NCBI GenBank assembly: GCA_964016885.1 | Contig: OZ024741.1 | Coordinates: forward strand, 319,052,001 to 319,116,000 | From: Eledone cirrhosa | Lineage: Eukaryota | Direction of reading: 5' to 3' | DNA length: 64,000 nt | Part shown: piece by piece, positions 63,640-64,000 of the stretch | Layout: each line of letters opens with the position of its first letter | Numbering within the stretch: the first letter of the stretch is position 1 | Notes under the pieces: generated by a model | Database searches by the model: none | What the model was told of the DNA's origin: nothing | Seen by the model: the letters and a program-made list of their open reading frames with translations, nothing else | Made by a program: the position numbers and the translations under genes

Positions 63640-64000
63640 TGGGAGAGAGAGAAATTACCCTCAGTAGATCCAACAGAGGGACCAGCTATTGAGATTGACA
63701 AATATAGGGTCCAAGAAGCGATTAAGGAAATGAAAAATGGTAAGGCCGCTGGACCGTCGGGGATAGTTGCTGAGATGCTGAAGGCATCAGAGGACGTAGG
63801 CACTAAACTGGTTGCACGCATCATCAATCAGGCTATATATGGCGGTGTCATACCCAAAGACTGGTGCAGCAGTATTCTCATAAATTGCTACAAAGGTAAA
63901 GGGGATGCTCTGGAGAGGAGCAATTATAGGGGTATAAAACTGATGGATCAGGTTATGAAAGTGGCAGAAAGGATATTAGCACAACTAATTAGAGAAAGGG
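63640..64000 (+). mobile_element. 5'-truncated RTE LINE, open frame running off the window
   Basis: Co-linear with about 36549-36909 ([14 protein letters not shown]...[10 protein letters not shown]); starts directly after (TA)n. Confidence 0.92.

Overview
This is AT-rich eukaryotic DNA, not prokaryotic. The repeat content (RTE LINEs with (GAT)n tails, tRNA-derived SINEs, abundant (TA)n/(CAT)n) suggests a coleoid cephalopod such as Octopus; that assignment is inference. The whole window lies inside one + strand multi-exon gene. I traced 32 phase-compatible coding exons (3141..62505; 3945 nt, about 1314 codons, open at both ends). They encode WD40 repeats followed by a long coiled coil with motifs of CFAP43/WDR96 (cilia- and flagella-associated protein 43). 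One intron requires a GC donor. Introns contain RTE LINEs (one about 2.9 kb copy with APE, RT and a PHD-like finger), an L1/Tx1 LINE, a CR1 fragment, mariner, hAT, TTAA-target (piggyBac-type) MITEs, a Helitron, many SINEs, and mini/microsatellites. The least expected signal is a set of foldback elements, often in (TA)n tracts, that carry minimal type-I hammerhead ribozyme motifs (Penelope-like). One, at 2727-2772, has an intact core. Most long ORFs in the supplied track are tandem-repeat artefacts. All coordinates and alignments were read by eye.
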